Shown here in pieces: positions 55,981 to 64,000 of a stretch of DNA of 64,000 bases. A program made the translations under genes and the position numbers. Every line of letters begins with the position of its first letter. The stretch's first letter is position 1. Source of the DNA: Candidatus Gottesmanbacteria bacterium (GTDB lineage: Bacteria; Patescibacteriota; Microgenomatia; UBA10105; UBA927); the NCBI GenBank assembly GCA_043798445.1, contig JAZDOQ010000007.1:4437-68436 (forward strand), in the 5' to 3' direction. The notes beneath the pieces are model-generated. The model had not been told where the DNA came from, did not search any database, and saw only the letters and a program-made list of their open reading frames with translations.

Positions 55981-56379
55981 ATGAAACTCACAAGACAGGA
56001 AGAACTCAGTATTCTTATTGCTGCTGAACTTGCGGTTCATGATGGACAACGGCTTTCCTTAACAGATATTGGTGCAGCGCACGGAGTATCCAGCGCATAT
56101 TTGAAAAAAATTATCAGACGTTTGAAAACTTTCGGGCTGGTTGAGAGTAAAGAAGGTGTAGGAGGAGGGTATGTACTTGCAAAACCAGCAATAGACATCA
56201 CTGTGCTTGAAATCCTGCAGGCAGTTGGATCAACGAATGATGCATCAGAACTTCGTGGGGCTCGTGTTTGTCCACTTCAGCCGGATTGTTTACCACAACG
56301 CATCAGACAACAAATTGAAACTACATTTTTAACATATTGCGGCAACGTAACCTTAGATCAAGTTATTAAAAAAGGATGA
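55981..56379 (+). CDS. Rrf2 family transcriptional regulator
   Basis: A wHTH (ISAAHGVSSAYLKKIIRRLKTFGLVESKEGVGGGY) is followed by Cys residues. It sits at the head of the suf operon. Confidence 0.85.
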   Translation: MKLTRQEELSILIAAELAVHDGQRLSLTDIGAAHGVSSAYLKKIIRRLKTFGLVESKEGVGGGYVLAKPAIDITVLEILQAVGSTNDASELRGARVCPLQPDCLPQRIRQQIETTFLTYCGNVTLDQVIKKG

Positions 56380-56382
56380 GTT

Positions 56383-57180
56383 ATGGAAAAAAATATCACG
56401 TTATCGCTTTCTCATTTATTTGTTGATGTCCTTAAGGGAAAAAATATTCTTCACGATGTTTCGATTATTTTTGAGGCAGGAAAAACACACGTTATCATGG
56501 GGCCAAACGGAAGTGGGAAATCAACGCTTGCCCACGCGTTGATGGGAAGTTTAGAGTATGCTGTTAAAGGAAAAATCCTTTTCGGGAAAAAAGATATAAC
56601 CAGGATTCCTGCATCCGATCGGGCAAAACTTGGGATTTTTCTTGCATTTCAGTCTCCCATTGCTATCTCCGGCGTCAGCGTAATCAATTTGCTACGTACA
56701 GCATATCAGGAATTGCACCCGGATAACAAAAAAATAGATACGAAAATACAGAACCCCGTATTAGCTTCCAGGTGGAAATCTTCAGACATGACACTTTCTG
56801 ACTTATTGAAAGCAATTAATCGGTATGCGGCGTTGCTTCATATTGATCCACTGCTTTTAACACGAAGTATTCATGAAGGATTCTCAGGCGGAGAGAGGAA
56901 AAAGATTGAAGTGCTGCAGGCGTTAGTACTGCAACCGAAATTTGCGATATTTGATGAAATTGATACGGGACTTGATGTTGATGCGCTGCAAATTGTTGCA
57001 ACTGGCATTGATCTGCTTCGGAAAAATGGCACGGGTTGCATTATCATCACACACTATCAGCGGTTACTCAAATATCTTCAACCTGACACGGTCGTTGTGA
57101 TCAAAAATGGCAGTGTGTCTAAAACGGGAGATGCAGCACTTGCTAAAGAAATCGAGACAAAAGGTTATGGTTACTCATAA
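56383..57180 (+). CDS. sufC: Fe-S cluster assembly ATPase SufC
   Basis: Contains Walker A (GPNGSGKST), the signature FSGGERKK and Walker B (FDEIDTGLD). Confidence 0.95.
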   Translation: MEKNITLSLSHLFVDVLKGKNILHDVSIIFEAGKTHVIMGPNGSGKSTLAHALMGSLEYAVKGKILFGKKDITRIPASDRAKLGIFLAFQSPIAISGVSVINLLRTAYQELHPDNKKIDTKIQNPVLASRWKSSDMTLSDLLKAINRYAALLHIDPLLLTRSIHEGFSGGERKKIEVLQALVLQPKFAIFDEIDTGLDVDALQIVATGIDLLRKNGTGCIIITHYQRLLKYLQPDTVVVIKNGSVSKTGDAALAKEIETKGYGYS

Positions 57181-59713
57181 ACAATCATTCATGCCGGCTC
57201 CATACGCATTTGGATTTCATAAACCTGACAATTATGTATATAAATCTGGACAAGGATTGGATAAAGATGTTATCCGTGCAATGAGTACACAAAAAGATGA
57301 GCCAATGTGGATGTTGGAATTCAGATTGAAAAGTTTTGGAATATATTCAAAAAAAAAGATGCCTATCTGGGGACCATCGTTATCTGATATTCAATTTGAG
57401 AATTTGTACTATTATCTTCGGCCGGTGAAAAGTCAAGCAGAGAGGTGGGAAGAACTTCCTGATGCAATCCGTGATACCTACGAAAAAATCGGCATTCCTG
57501 AAATGGAGAAAAAATTTCTTTCGGGAGTGAGTGCTCAATGGGAATCCGAGGTTGTATACAAAAGCATTGAAAAAACACTCCATGAAAAAGGTGTCATATT
57601 CACTGACATGGATACGGCAGTGAAAAAATATCCGGAACTTGTAAAGCAATATATGGGAACACTTGTTCCTGCTGGCGACAACAAATTTGCAGCATTAAAC
57701 GGTAGTGTATGGTCCGGCGGATCGTTTATTTATGTTCCAAAGAATGTGTCTGTCGGCCTGCCGCTTCAGGCATATTTTCGGATTAATGCTGCCAACATGG
57801 GGCAATTTGAAAGGACACTCATCATTGCTGATGAGGGAAGCTTCGTTCACTACATAGAAGGGTGTTTTTTAAAAGGAACAAAAGTTAAAACCCGTTATTC
57901 TGAAAAATGTATTGAAGATATTCAGCCAGGAGATTATGTGTATACACACAAGGGGAGATATCAGCGAGTACGTCGTGTCATGACACGACCATGTGTAGAT
58001 AAAATATATACAATTAAATATTACGGTAACAGTGGTGCTACATTGCGAGTGACAAAAGAGCATCCGTTGTTGGTATGTAAACGCCAGAGAAAAGAATATA
58101 CCAATAGAGCCTTTAGTCCTCAATGGATTCGAGCAGGTGAATTATCAAAAGATGATTATTTGATGTATCCCATTATTAAACAGAAACAAGATAATCCGTA
58201 TGTCTATACTGACGGCGTATTTTCATATCAAGTGAAAAATAATATTTTGTCAGCCAATATACCATTTGGAAACGGAATACATATGAGTAATCGTTCTGTA
58301 AAATTTTTTCTTAAACCCGATTTTTTTAGACTTGCTGGGTATTTTTTAGCTGAAGGTCATATTGACAAAGAACATTACATTATGTTCACATTCAATGAAA
58401 AAGAGACAGAATATATACTAGATACAAAAAAAATAATTCGGAACTATTTTAAAAAAGACGTTATTGTAGGAAAAAATAGAAATCACGGAGTAACATTGAC
58501 ACTCTGTTCTACAATTGCGGCAAGGTTGTTTACACATATGTTCGGGATGACAAATAGGTCAAAGCATATTCCTGAATGGATGATAGCCGCAGAAAAGAGA
58601 TTCATCAAACAATTAATAAAAGGGATGTGGTTAGGGGATGGTAGTTATGATAAAAAGGGAAATATGTTCCGTTATTCATCGGTGACGAAACAATTGATTC
58701 AGAGTTTTTATGATATATTACTTAGATTAGGCATTGTTGCCTCTATAAATCTTCAGAAACGTGAACATCCTAAGCAGCCTATGTATTCAATTATTCTCTC
58801 GAGAGTATGTAATACAAAATTCAGTAACATTGTTGGAATGAGGGCAAGGAATGGAAGACATGAAGGTTCTCCATTCTATCTCAATTCAAATTATCTATTT
58901 TTATCAGTTAAGTCTATTACATCAAAAAAAATGAAAACTAAAGTATATAACTTCAGTGTTGAAAAAGATGAATCATACGTGGCTGAAGGAGTTGTTTCTC
59001 ACAATTGCACCGCACCAATCTATTCAACTGATTCTCTGCATAGTGCCGTTGTTGAGATTTTTGTGAAAAAAGGTGCGCGTGTCAGATATTCAACGGTGCA
59101 AAATTGGAGTACAAACGTGTATAACCTGGTGACCAAACGTGCTCGTGTTGAGGAAGAAGGGATAATGGAATGGGTTGATGGAAACATAGGATCAAAAATA
59201 ACAATGAAGTACCCGGCAGTTTATCTTGTTGGACGAAAAGCACATGGAGAAGTCCTTTCCATTGCCTACGCTGGAAAAAGACAAATCCAAGATACAGGAG
59301 GAAAAATGATGCATCTTGCTCCAGAAACAACCTCACAGATTATTTCAAAATCCATAAGTAGCGATGGCGGACGAACATCGTATCGGGGACTCGTTCATAT
59401 AGCGCGCGGTGCGAAGGGCTCACGAAGTAAGGTTGTATGTGATGCACTGATTGTTGATGACAAGTCTCGTTCTGATACGTATCCGAAGATGGATGTCCAT
59501 GAAACAAATAGTGTTATGGAACATGAAGCAAGCGTTTCAAGAATTTCCGATGAACAACTTTTCTATGTAACAAGCCGCGGCGTTTCTGTGAATCAAGCTG
59601 CATCCATGATTGTGAATGGGTTTATTGAGCCGATTGTTAAGGAGTTGCCGCTTGAATATGCAGTGGAACTTAATAGGTTGATGGATTTGGAAATGCAAGG
59701 ATCTATGGGGTAA
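57167..59713 (+). CDS. sufB: Fe-S cluster assembly protein SufB, interrupted by an intein
   Basis: The exteins join as ...FVHYIEG|CTAPIYSTDSLH..., the conserved SufB core. The extein total is about 467 aa. The start could be 57191. Confidence 0.93.
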   Translation: MVTHKQSFMPAPYAFGFHKPDNYVYKSGQGLDKDVIRAMSTQKDEPMWMLEFRLKSFGIYSKKKMPIWGPSLSDIQFENLYYYLRPVKSQAERWEELPDAIRDTYEKIGIPEMEKKFLSGVSAQWESEVVYKSIEKTLHEKGVIFTDMDTAVKKYPELVKQYMGTLVPAGDNKFAALNGSVWSGGSFIYVPKNVSVGLPLQAYFRINAANMGQFERTLIIADEGSFVHYIEGCFLKGTKVKTRYSEKCIEDIQPGDYVYTHKGRYQRVRRVMTRPCVDKIYTIKYYGNSGATLRVTKEHPLLVCKRQRKEYTNRAFSPQWIRAGELSKDDYLMYPIIKQKQDNPYVYTDGVFSYQVKNNILSANIPFGNGIHMSNRSVKFFLKPDFFRLAGYFLAEGHIDKEHYIMFTFNEKETEYILDTKKIIRNYFKKDVIVGKNRNHGVTLTLCSTIAARLFTHMFGMTNRSKHIPEWMIAAEKRFIKQLIKGMWLGDGSYDKKGNMFRYSSVTKQLIQSFYDILLRLGIVASINLQKREHPKQPMYSIILSRVCNTKFSNIVGMRARNGRHEGSPFYLNSNYLFLSVKSITSKKMKTKVYNFSVEKDESYVAEGVVSHNCTAPIYSTDSLHSAVVEIFVKKGARVRYSTVQNWSTNVYNLVTKRARVEEEGIMEWVDGNIGSKITMKYPAVYLVGRKAHGEVLSIAYAGKRQIQDTGGKMMHLAPETTSQIISKSISSDGGRTSYRGLVHIARGAKGSRSKVVCDALIVDDKSRSDTYPKMDVHETNSVMEHEASVSRISDEQLFYVTSRGVSVNQAASMIVNGFIEPIVKELPLEYAVELNRLMDLEMQGSMG
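57863..59005 (+). mobile_element. SufB intein (381 aa) with a LAGLIDADG homing-endonuclease domain
   Basis: Starts at Cys1 (CFLKGTKV). Block B is TKEHPLL. The LAGLIDADG motifs are LAGYFLAEGHI and LIKGMWLGDGSY. It ends VVSHN, followed by the +1 Cys (CTAP). Confidence 0.9.
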
Positions 59714-59719
59714 AACCGT

Positions 59720-60331
59720 ATGAGTGAAAAACATATTATTAAACTATTAAGCGCCAATGATTCATCATTTGTGTATACGATGACAAAAAAAGAAACACTA
59801 ATTGTTGATATTATCATTACGTCTTCTGTATCGTTGCATGGAGATGTACGGATTACTATGGAAGCAAAAGGAGGATCTGCAACGGTCCGTTGTCTAGTGT
59901 TGCCTAAACAAGGCGCTGTAATTACCCTGTCGATGTATCAAACACACAAAGCATCTAGTACAAAAAGTAACCTCTCGGTCAAATCATTAATTGTCGATAC
60001 AAGCACCGTTATTTTTAAAGGGAATGTGTATATTGGCAAACATGCGAAAAAATCTGATGCCTATCAAAAAAATGTGAATTTGTTGGTAGGAGATGGCGGA
60101 GTAATTACAACAACGCCGACGCTTGAGATTTTAAACAATGATGTCAAGTGTACTCATGGAGTGACAACCGGTACGATTCCAAATGATGTACTGTGGTATA
60201 TGAAAACGCGGGGTATTTCAGAAGATCGGGCAAAGTCACTCTATATTGACGGATTTATTCATGATAGTATATTTTTTATTCAGGACAAACGAATAGAAAA
60301 TTTGATATATAATCAACTGAGACAACCATGA
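59720..60331 (+). CDS. sufD: SufD-like protein, short form (203 aa)
   Basis: A SufB/D beta-helix C-terminal region (ILNNDVKCTHGVTTG) lies between sufB and sufS. Confidence 0.72.
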   Translation: MSEKHIIKLLSANDSSFVYTMTKKETLIVDIIITSSVSLHGDVRITMEAKGGSATVRCLVLPKQGAVITLSMYQTHKASSTKSNLSVKSLIVDTSTVIFKGNVYIGKHAKKSDAYQKNVNLLVGDGGVITTTPTLEILNNDVKCTHGVTTGTIPNDVLWYMKTRGISEDRAKSLYIDGFIHDSIFFIQDKRIENLIYNQLRQP

Positions 60332-61557
60332 TTGATGTAACAGCTATCAAAAACGATTTCCCCATTCTTAAACGTCGTATCAACGACAAGCCGATTGTGT
60401 ATCTTGATTCAACGGCAACAGCGTTAAAGCCCCAGTCTGTTATTGATGCGATAACCACATATTATACAACCTATACAGCAAATGTATTTCGCGGTATTTA
60501 TACACTGTCCGAAGAAGCTACTGCTGCGTATGAGCATGCCCGTCAACTCGTTGCTGACTTTATCCATGCTTCATCGGTAAAAGAAATTGTATTTACCAAA
60601 AATACTACGGAGTCATTAAATCTATTAGCATATACATTGGTTCCTGATCGAATCACCAAAGGCGACTCCGTTGTCACAACAATCATGGAGCATCATTCCA
60701 ACTTTGTTCCCTGGCAGCAATTGGTACCAAAATATGGTGGAAAGCTCCGTGTGTGGAATATCAAGGATGACGGGACACTGGATATCAAAGATCTTCAAAC
60801 GTTGGTTGACAAAAAGACAAAGATTGTTACCCTAACTGCGGTATCAAACGTGCTCGGGACAATCACACCGGTTGCTGATATCGTCAAAGCAGTAAAGCGC
60901 ATTGCATCAGAGTGTCTTGTTATTGTTGATGCAGCACAAGCAGTACCGCACATGCCGGTTGATGTGTCTGTGTGGGGTGCTGATGCAATTGTATTTTCAG
61001 GACATAAAATGGTTGGACCAAGTGGTATTGGGGTTCTATGGATGAAAGAAGCGCTGCTTGAGGCAGCATCTCCATTTCTTTATGGAGGCGACATGATTCG
61101 GGAAGTACACGTTACTGAAACCGCATTTAATGATATTCCCCACAAGTTTGAAGCAGGAACACCGTTTATTGAAGGAGCAATCGGGTTGGGTGCAGCAGTA
61201 TCATATCTTCAGGCAATTGGGATGAAAAATATTAGAGAACATGAAAAAGAATTGACTGCGTATGTGTTACAAGCGCTTTCTGCGATTCCTGATGTTACGA
61301 TGTATGGTCCGAAAAACCCGGATATTCGCGGTGGTGTTATATCGTTTCGGTTGCGAGGCGTACATCCGCATGATGTTGCACAAGTGTTGGATCAAGATAA
61401 TATTTGTATCCGTGTTGGGTATCACTGCGCCATGCCGCTTCACGAGTATCTTGGTATTGGTGCAACCTGCCGTGCTTCCTTTTATATGTACACGACAAAA
61501 GAAGATATTGACATGCTAGTGAAAGGAATTAAAAAAGTGCAGAAAATGTTTAGCTGA
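60328..61557 (+). CDS. sufS: cysteine desulfurase SufS
   Basis: Contains the PLP site SGHKMVGPSGIG and the catalytic loop RVGYHCA. Joined to sufD by an ATGA overlap. Confidence 0.93.
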   Translation: MIDVTAIKNDFPILKRRINDKPIVYLDSTATALKPQSVIDAITTYYTTYTANVFRGIYTLSEEATAAYEHARQLVADFIHASSVKEIVFTKNTTESLNLLAYTLVPDRITKGDSVVTTIMEHHSNFVPWQQLVPKYGGKLRVWNIKDDGTLDIKDLQTLVDKKTKIVTLTAVSNVLGTITPVADIVKAVKRIASECLVIVDAAQAVPHMPVDVSVWGADAIVFSGHKMVGPSGIGVLWMKEALLEAASPFLYGGDMIREVHVTETAFNDIPHKFEAGTPFIEGAIGLGAAVSYLQAIGMKNIREHEKELTAYVLQALSAIPDVTMYGPKNPDIRGGVISFRLRGVHPHDVAQVLDQDNICIRVGYHCAMPLHEYLGIGATCRASFYMYTTKEDIDMLVKGIKKVQKMFS

Positions 61558-61565
61558 AGCGAGGT

Positions 61566-61934
61566 ATGGATATATACCGGGAAATTATTTTAGATCATTA
61601 TAAACATCCGCATAATTTTGGACACCTGGAAAAACCAAGTGCCTCAAACACGCTGTTTAATTCAGCATGTGGGGACAAAATAACGATGGAAGTACAAATT
61701 GATGCAGAAGGGGCAGTGGTTGACGTCCGGTTTTCAGGAGAGGGGTGTGTGATAAGCCAGGCATCCGCATCCATGCTCACAGACAGCATAAAAGGGAAGT
61801 CAAAAGCAGAAATTATGAAGCTCACCGCTTCTGATATTTTTTCCATGCTGCAAACAGAATTAACAGCCTCTCGGGTAAAATGCGCAGTGCTTCCGCTTGA
61901 AGTGCTTCAAAAAACACTATCTAGTACCGTATAA
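61566..61934 (+). CDS. sufU: SufU/IscU-type Fe-S scaffold/sulfur acceptor
   Basis: Contains YKHPHNFG, NSACGD, GEGCVISQAS and the conserved Cys in RVKCA. Confidence 0.87.
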   Translation: MDIYREIILDHYKHPHNFGHLEKPSASNTLFNSACGDKITMEVQIDAEGAVVDVRFSGEGCVISQASASMLTDSIKGKSKAEIMKLTASDIFSMLQTELTASRVKCAVLPLEVLQKTLSSTV

Positions 61935-61941
61935 TACATAT

Positions 61942-62196
61942 ATGGATACACAAGACCAAAAAACAGTTTTAAAAATTCGTTCATACACCATAACTATCGA
62001 TCGTGCTCTTTGTATTGGCGCTGCAACCTGTATTGCGCTTGCGCCACATGCATACACATTGGACAGTGAGGCAAAAGCAGTATTCCTGCCAACAGCTGCA
62101 GAGGAAACAGACGAATCACTTCTTGATGCAGCTAAAGGGTGTCCTGTTATGGCGATAACAATAAAAGACGATACGGGAAAACAGATTTTTCCTTAA
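61942..62196 (+). CDS. small ferredoxin (3 Cys, probably a single cluster)
   Basis: Contains CIGAATCIALAP...GCPVMAI. Confidence 0.7.
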   Translation: MDTQDQKTVLKIRSYTITIDRALCIGAATCIALAPHAYTLDSEAKAVFLPTAAEETDESLLDAAKGCPVMAITIKDDTGKQIFP

Positions 62197-62199
62197 ATC

Positions 62200-63933
62200 A
62201 TGAAAACAGATATAACATGGGCGATAGGTGGAGAAGCGGGATTTGGCATTGTGTCTTCTGGCACCATGCTTTCCAAAACATTTTCTCGTGCAGGATATGG
62301 TGTGATTGCAAACAATGAATATCCTTCTCTTATTCGGGGTGGACACAATTTTGTTTCTGTCCGTATCACTACAAGTATTGTTCACGCACCAAAAAAATCT
62401 ATTCAATTTCTGATTGCCTTAAATAAGGAAACTGTTGATCTTCATAAAGCTGATTTAGAAAACAATGCATATCTTGTGTACGATGAAAAAGATTATGCGT
62501 GGAAAAAGGAAGAATTTAATTATCCCGTTACCCTTATTTCCGTTCCTTTTTCTGATCTTGTAAAACAAAAACATGGCGATGCGGTGATGCGAAACACGAT
62601 TGCTCTTGGAGTAACCATGTTTTTGCTTGGAAAAGATATTTCGTTTCTTACCCGGGTTATTCACGATCAGTTCAAAGTAAAAGGAGAGATGATTGTTGCT
62701 GAAAATATCGATATTGCAACGAGTGGATATGAGTATGTCAAAGAACATTTTCCAATGCTCACGGATTTGAACATGGCCGAAGGAACAGTGAAAGAACCAC
62801 AATTAGTAATGAATGCAAGCGAAGCAGTTGCACTTGGCGCAATTGCCGGAGGAATGAAATTTGCTGCTATTTACCCAATGACGCCAATTAATGCGCTTAT
62901 TACACTCTTTGCAGATCATGCTGAAGAACTCGGCATTGTGTACAAACAACCGGAAGATGAAATTGCAGGCATCAATATGGCAATTGGTGCATCTTTAGGT
63001 GGGGTAAGAAGTATGGTTGCAACATCAGGAGGCGGATTTGCTCTTATGGTTGAGGCAATCTCTATGGCAGGCATCATGGAAGTACCGGTAGTTGTTAATC
63101 TTGGTATGCGCCCGGGTCCTGCGACAGGAATGCCAACGTGGACAGAACAGGGAGAGCTTCATATGGTGCTCCGTGCTGGTCATGGAGAATTTCCACGTAT
63201 TATTTTAGCTCCTGGGGATGTGGAAGAGTCATTTATTCTCGCCAAATTTGCGTTTGAGGTCGCAGAACAGTTTCAAACACCGGTATTTATCCTTACTGAT
63301 AAATACCTCAATGAAACCCTGTGGCAACTTCCGCGTGCCGTGTTGAAAAATCAGGCAGCAGTTGGAGATGTGAAAAATACGGCTGATATGGATGCAATAC
63401 CGTTTAAGCGGTACGACATCTCAACTCCAAGCGGCATATCAAAACGCAGCGTGCCGGGAGAGAAAGATCACGAATATATTGCAAACTCGTATGAACACGA
63501 CGAACATGGGTTTACAACCGAAGAATCCGCAATGCGGAAAGCAATGGTTGATAAACGCTTGCGAAAAATGAAAGCGATATTGCAGATTGCTCCGGCGCCT
63601 GCTGTGTATGGGGAGGAAAATGCTGATATTACTTTTGTTTCGTTTGGATCACTCAAAGGAGTTATTCTTGAAGCGATGAGAGAGCTGGGGGTGAGGGGTG
63701 TAAAAATAAAACTCATTCATTTTTCTTGGGTGTATCCGTTTGTGGAAGAAACAGTAAAAAAATTATTAACCAATGAAAAGCGATTGGTTTCTATCGAGCA
63801 AAATGCAACAGGACAACTGGCATCACTTATCAGAGAATTAACAGGAGTAGCTATTACGGAACAATGGCTTAAATATGATGGGAGGCAGTGGACTACTGAG
63901 GAGATTGTTTTGAGAGTGAAAGGAAATAAATAA
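62200..63933 (+). CDS. 2-oxoacid:ferredoxin oxidoreductase, fused gamma-alpha subunit
   Basis: An N-terminal gamma-like domain (GEAGFGIVSSG) is followed by an alpha core (YPMTPIN...). Confidence 0.87.
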   Translation: MKTDITWAIGGEAGFGIVSSGTMLSKTFSRAGYGVIANNEYPSLIRGGHNFVSVRITTSIVHAPKKSIQFLIALNKETVDLHKADLENNAYLVYDEKDYAWKKEEFNYPVTLISVPFSDLVKQKHGDAVMRNTIALGVTMFLLGKDISFLTRVIHDQFKVKGEMIVAENIDIATSGYEYVKEHFPMLTDLNMAEGTVKEPQLVMNASEAVALGAIAGGMKFAAIYPMTPINALITLFADHAEELGIVYKQPEDEIAGINMAIGASLGGVRSMVATSGGGFALMVEAISMAGIMEVPVVVNLGMRPGPATGMPTWTEQGELHMVLRAGHGEFPRIILAPGDVEESFILAKFAFEVAEQFQTPVFILTDKYLNETLWQLPRAVLKNQAAVGDVKNTADMDAIPFKRYDISTPSGISKRSVPGEKDHEYIANSYEHDEHGFTTEESAMRKAMVDKRLRKMKAILQIAPAPAVYGEENADITFVSFGSLKGVILEAMRELGVRGVKIKLIHFSWVYPFVEETVKKLLTNEKRLVSIEQNATGQLASLIRELTGVAITEQWLKYDGRQWTTEEIVLRVKGNK

Positions 63934-64000
63934 TGGACGATCAATTTTTAACAGCAATAAAGCCAACGTGGTGTCCTGGATGTGGAAACTTTGGTATTTG
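63933..64000 (+). CDS. 2-oxoacid:ferredoxin oxidoreductase beta (TPP-binding) subunit, 5' end only
   Basis: Hand translation gives MDDQFLTAIKPTWCPGCGNFGI, the typical beta-subunit start. Joined to the alpha gene by a TAATG overlap. Confidence 0.7.
   Translation, partial: MDDQFLTAIKPTWCPGCGNFGI

Overview
The window looks like a small, streamlined bacterial genome using the standard genetic code. TGA is a true stop at several ATGA gene junctions. Gene content and reduced domain architectures (DUF5679 mini zinc-ribbon, GAD-less AspRS, short SufD, cluster-less MutY-like glycosylase, TM-less RNase Y) suggest Patescibacteria/CPR; that placement is inference only.

Most of the window is housekeeping:
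- 1-3.9 kb: infA-rpmJ-rpsM-rpsK-rpsD-rpoA-rplQ-rplM-rpsI
- 5.8-14.7 kb: recA-recX-rny, hup, miaB-miaA, RNase P RNA
- 17.7-28.8 kb: secDF, cca, recJ, aspS, gltX, era
- 28.8-33.5 kb: ECF sigma module, MutY-like glycosylase, Fic, secreted nuclease
- 42-46 kb: RRM protein, DEAD helicase, GT4, ZIP, engB
- 50-56 kb: PPIase, rubrerythrin, greA, second ECF module
- 56-64 kb: Rrf2-sufCBDSU-ferredoxin-OFOR

Five places deserve a second look:
1. 5.35-5.78 kb: a GIY-YIG gene sits between a complete tRNA-Pro and an exact upstream copy of tRNA positions 1-24.
2. 33.6-41.7 kb: about 8 kb of accessory genes anchored at tRNA-Gln. Gene junctions carry a recurring 27-nt motif that resembles the tRNA 3' end. The tract also holds a 140-bp direct repeat, a serine-recombinase remnant and a decayed deaminase.
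3. 46.3-50.1 kb: a cohesin protein, a dockerin-bearing GH10 and a second GH10. The second GH10 shares a near-identical C-terminal tail with the cohesin protein.
4. 57.9-59.0 kb: a 381-aa LAGLIDADG intein inside SufB.
5. Both tRNAs in the window have C instead of U at T-loop position 55.

No CRISPR array, rRNA or intact transposase or integrase was seen. All calls come from reading the sequence and ORF translations by eye. No database search or folding program was run.
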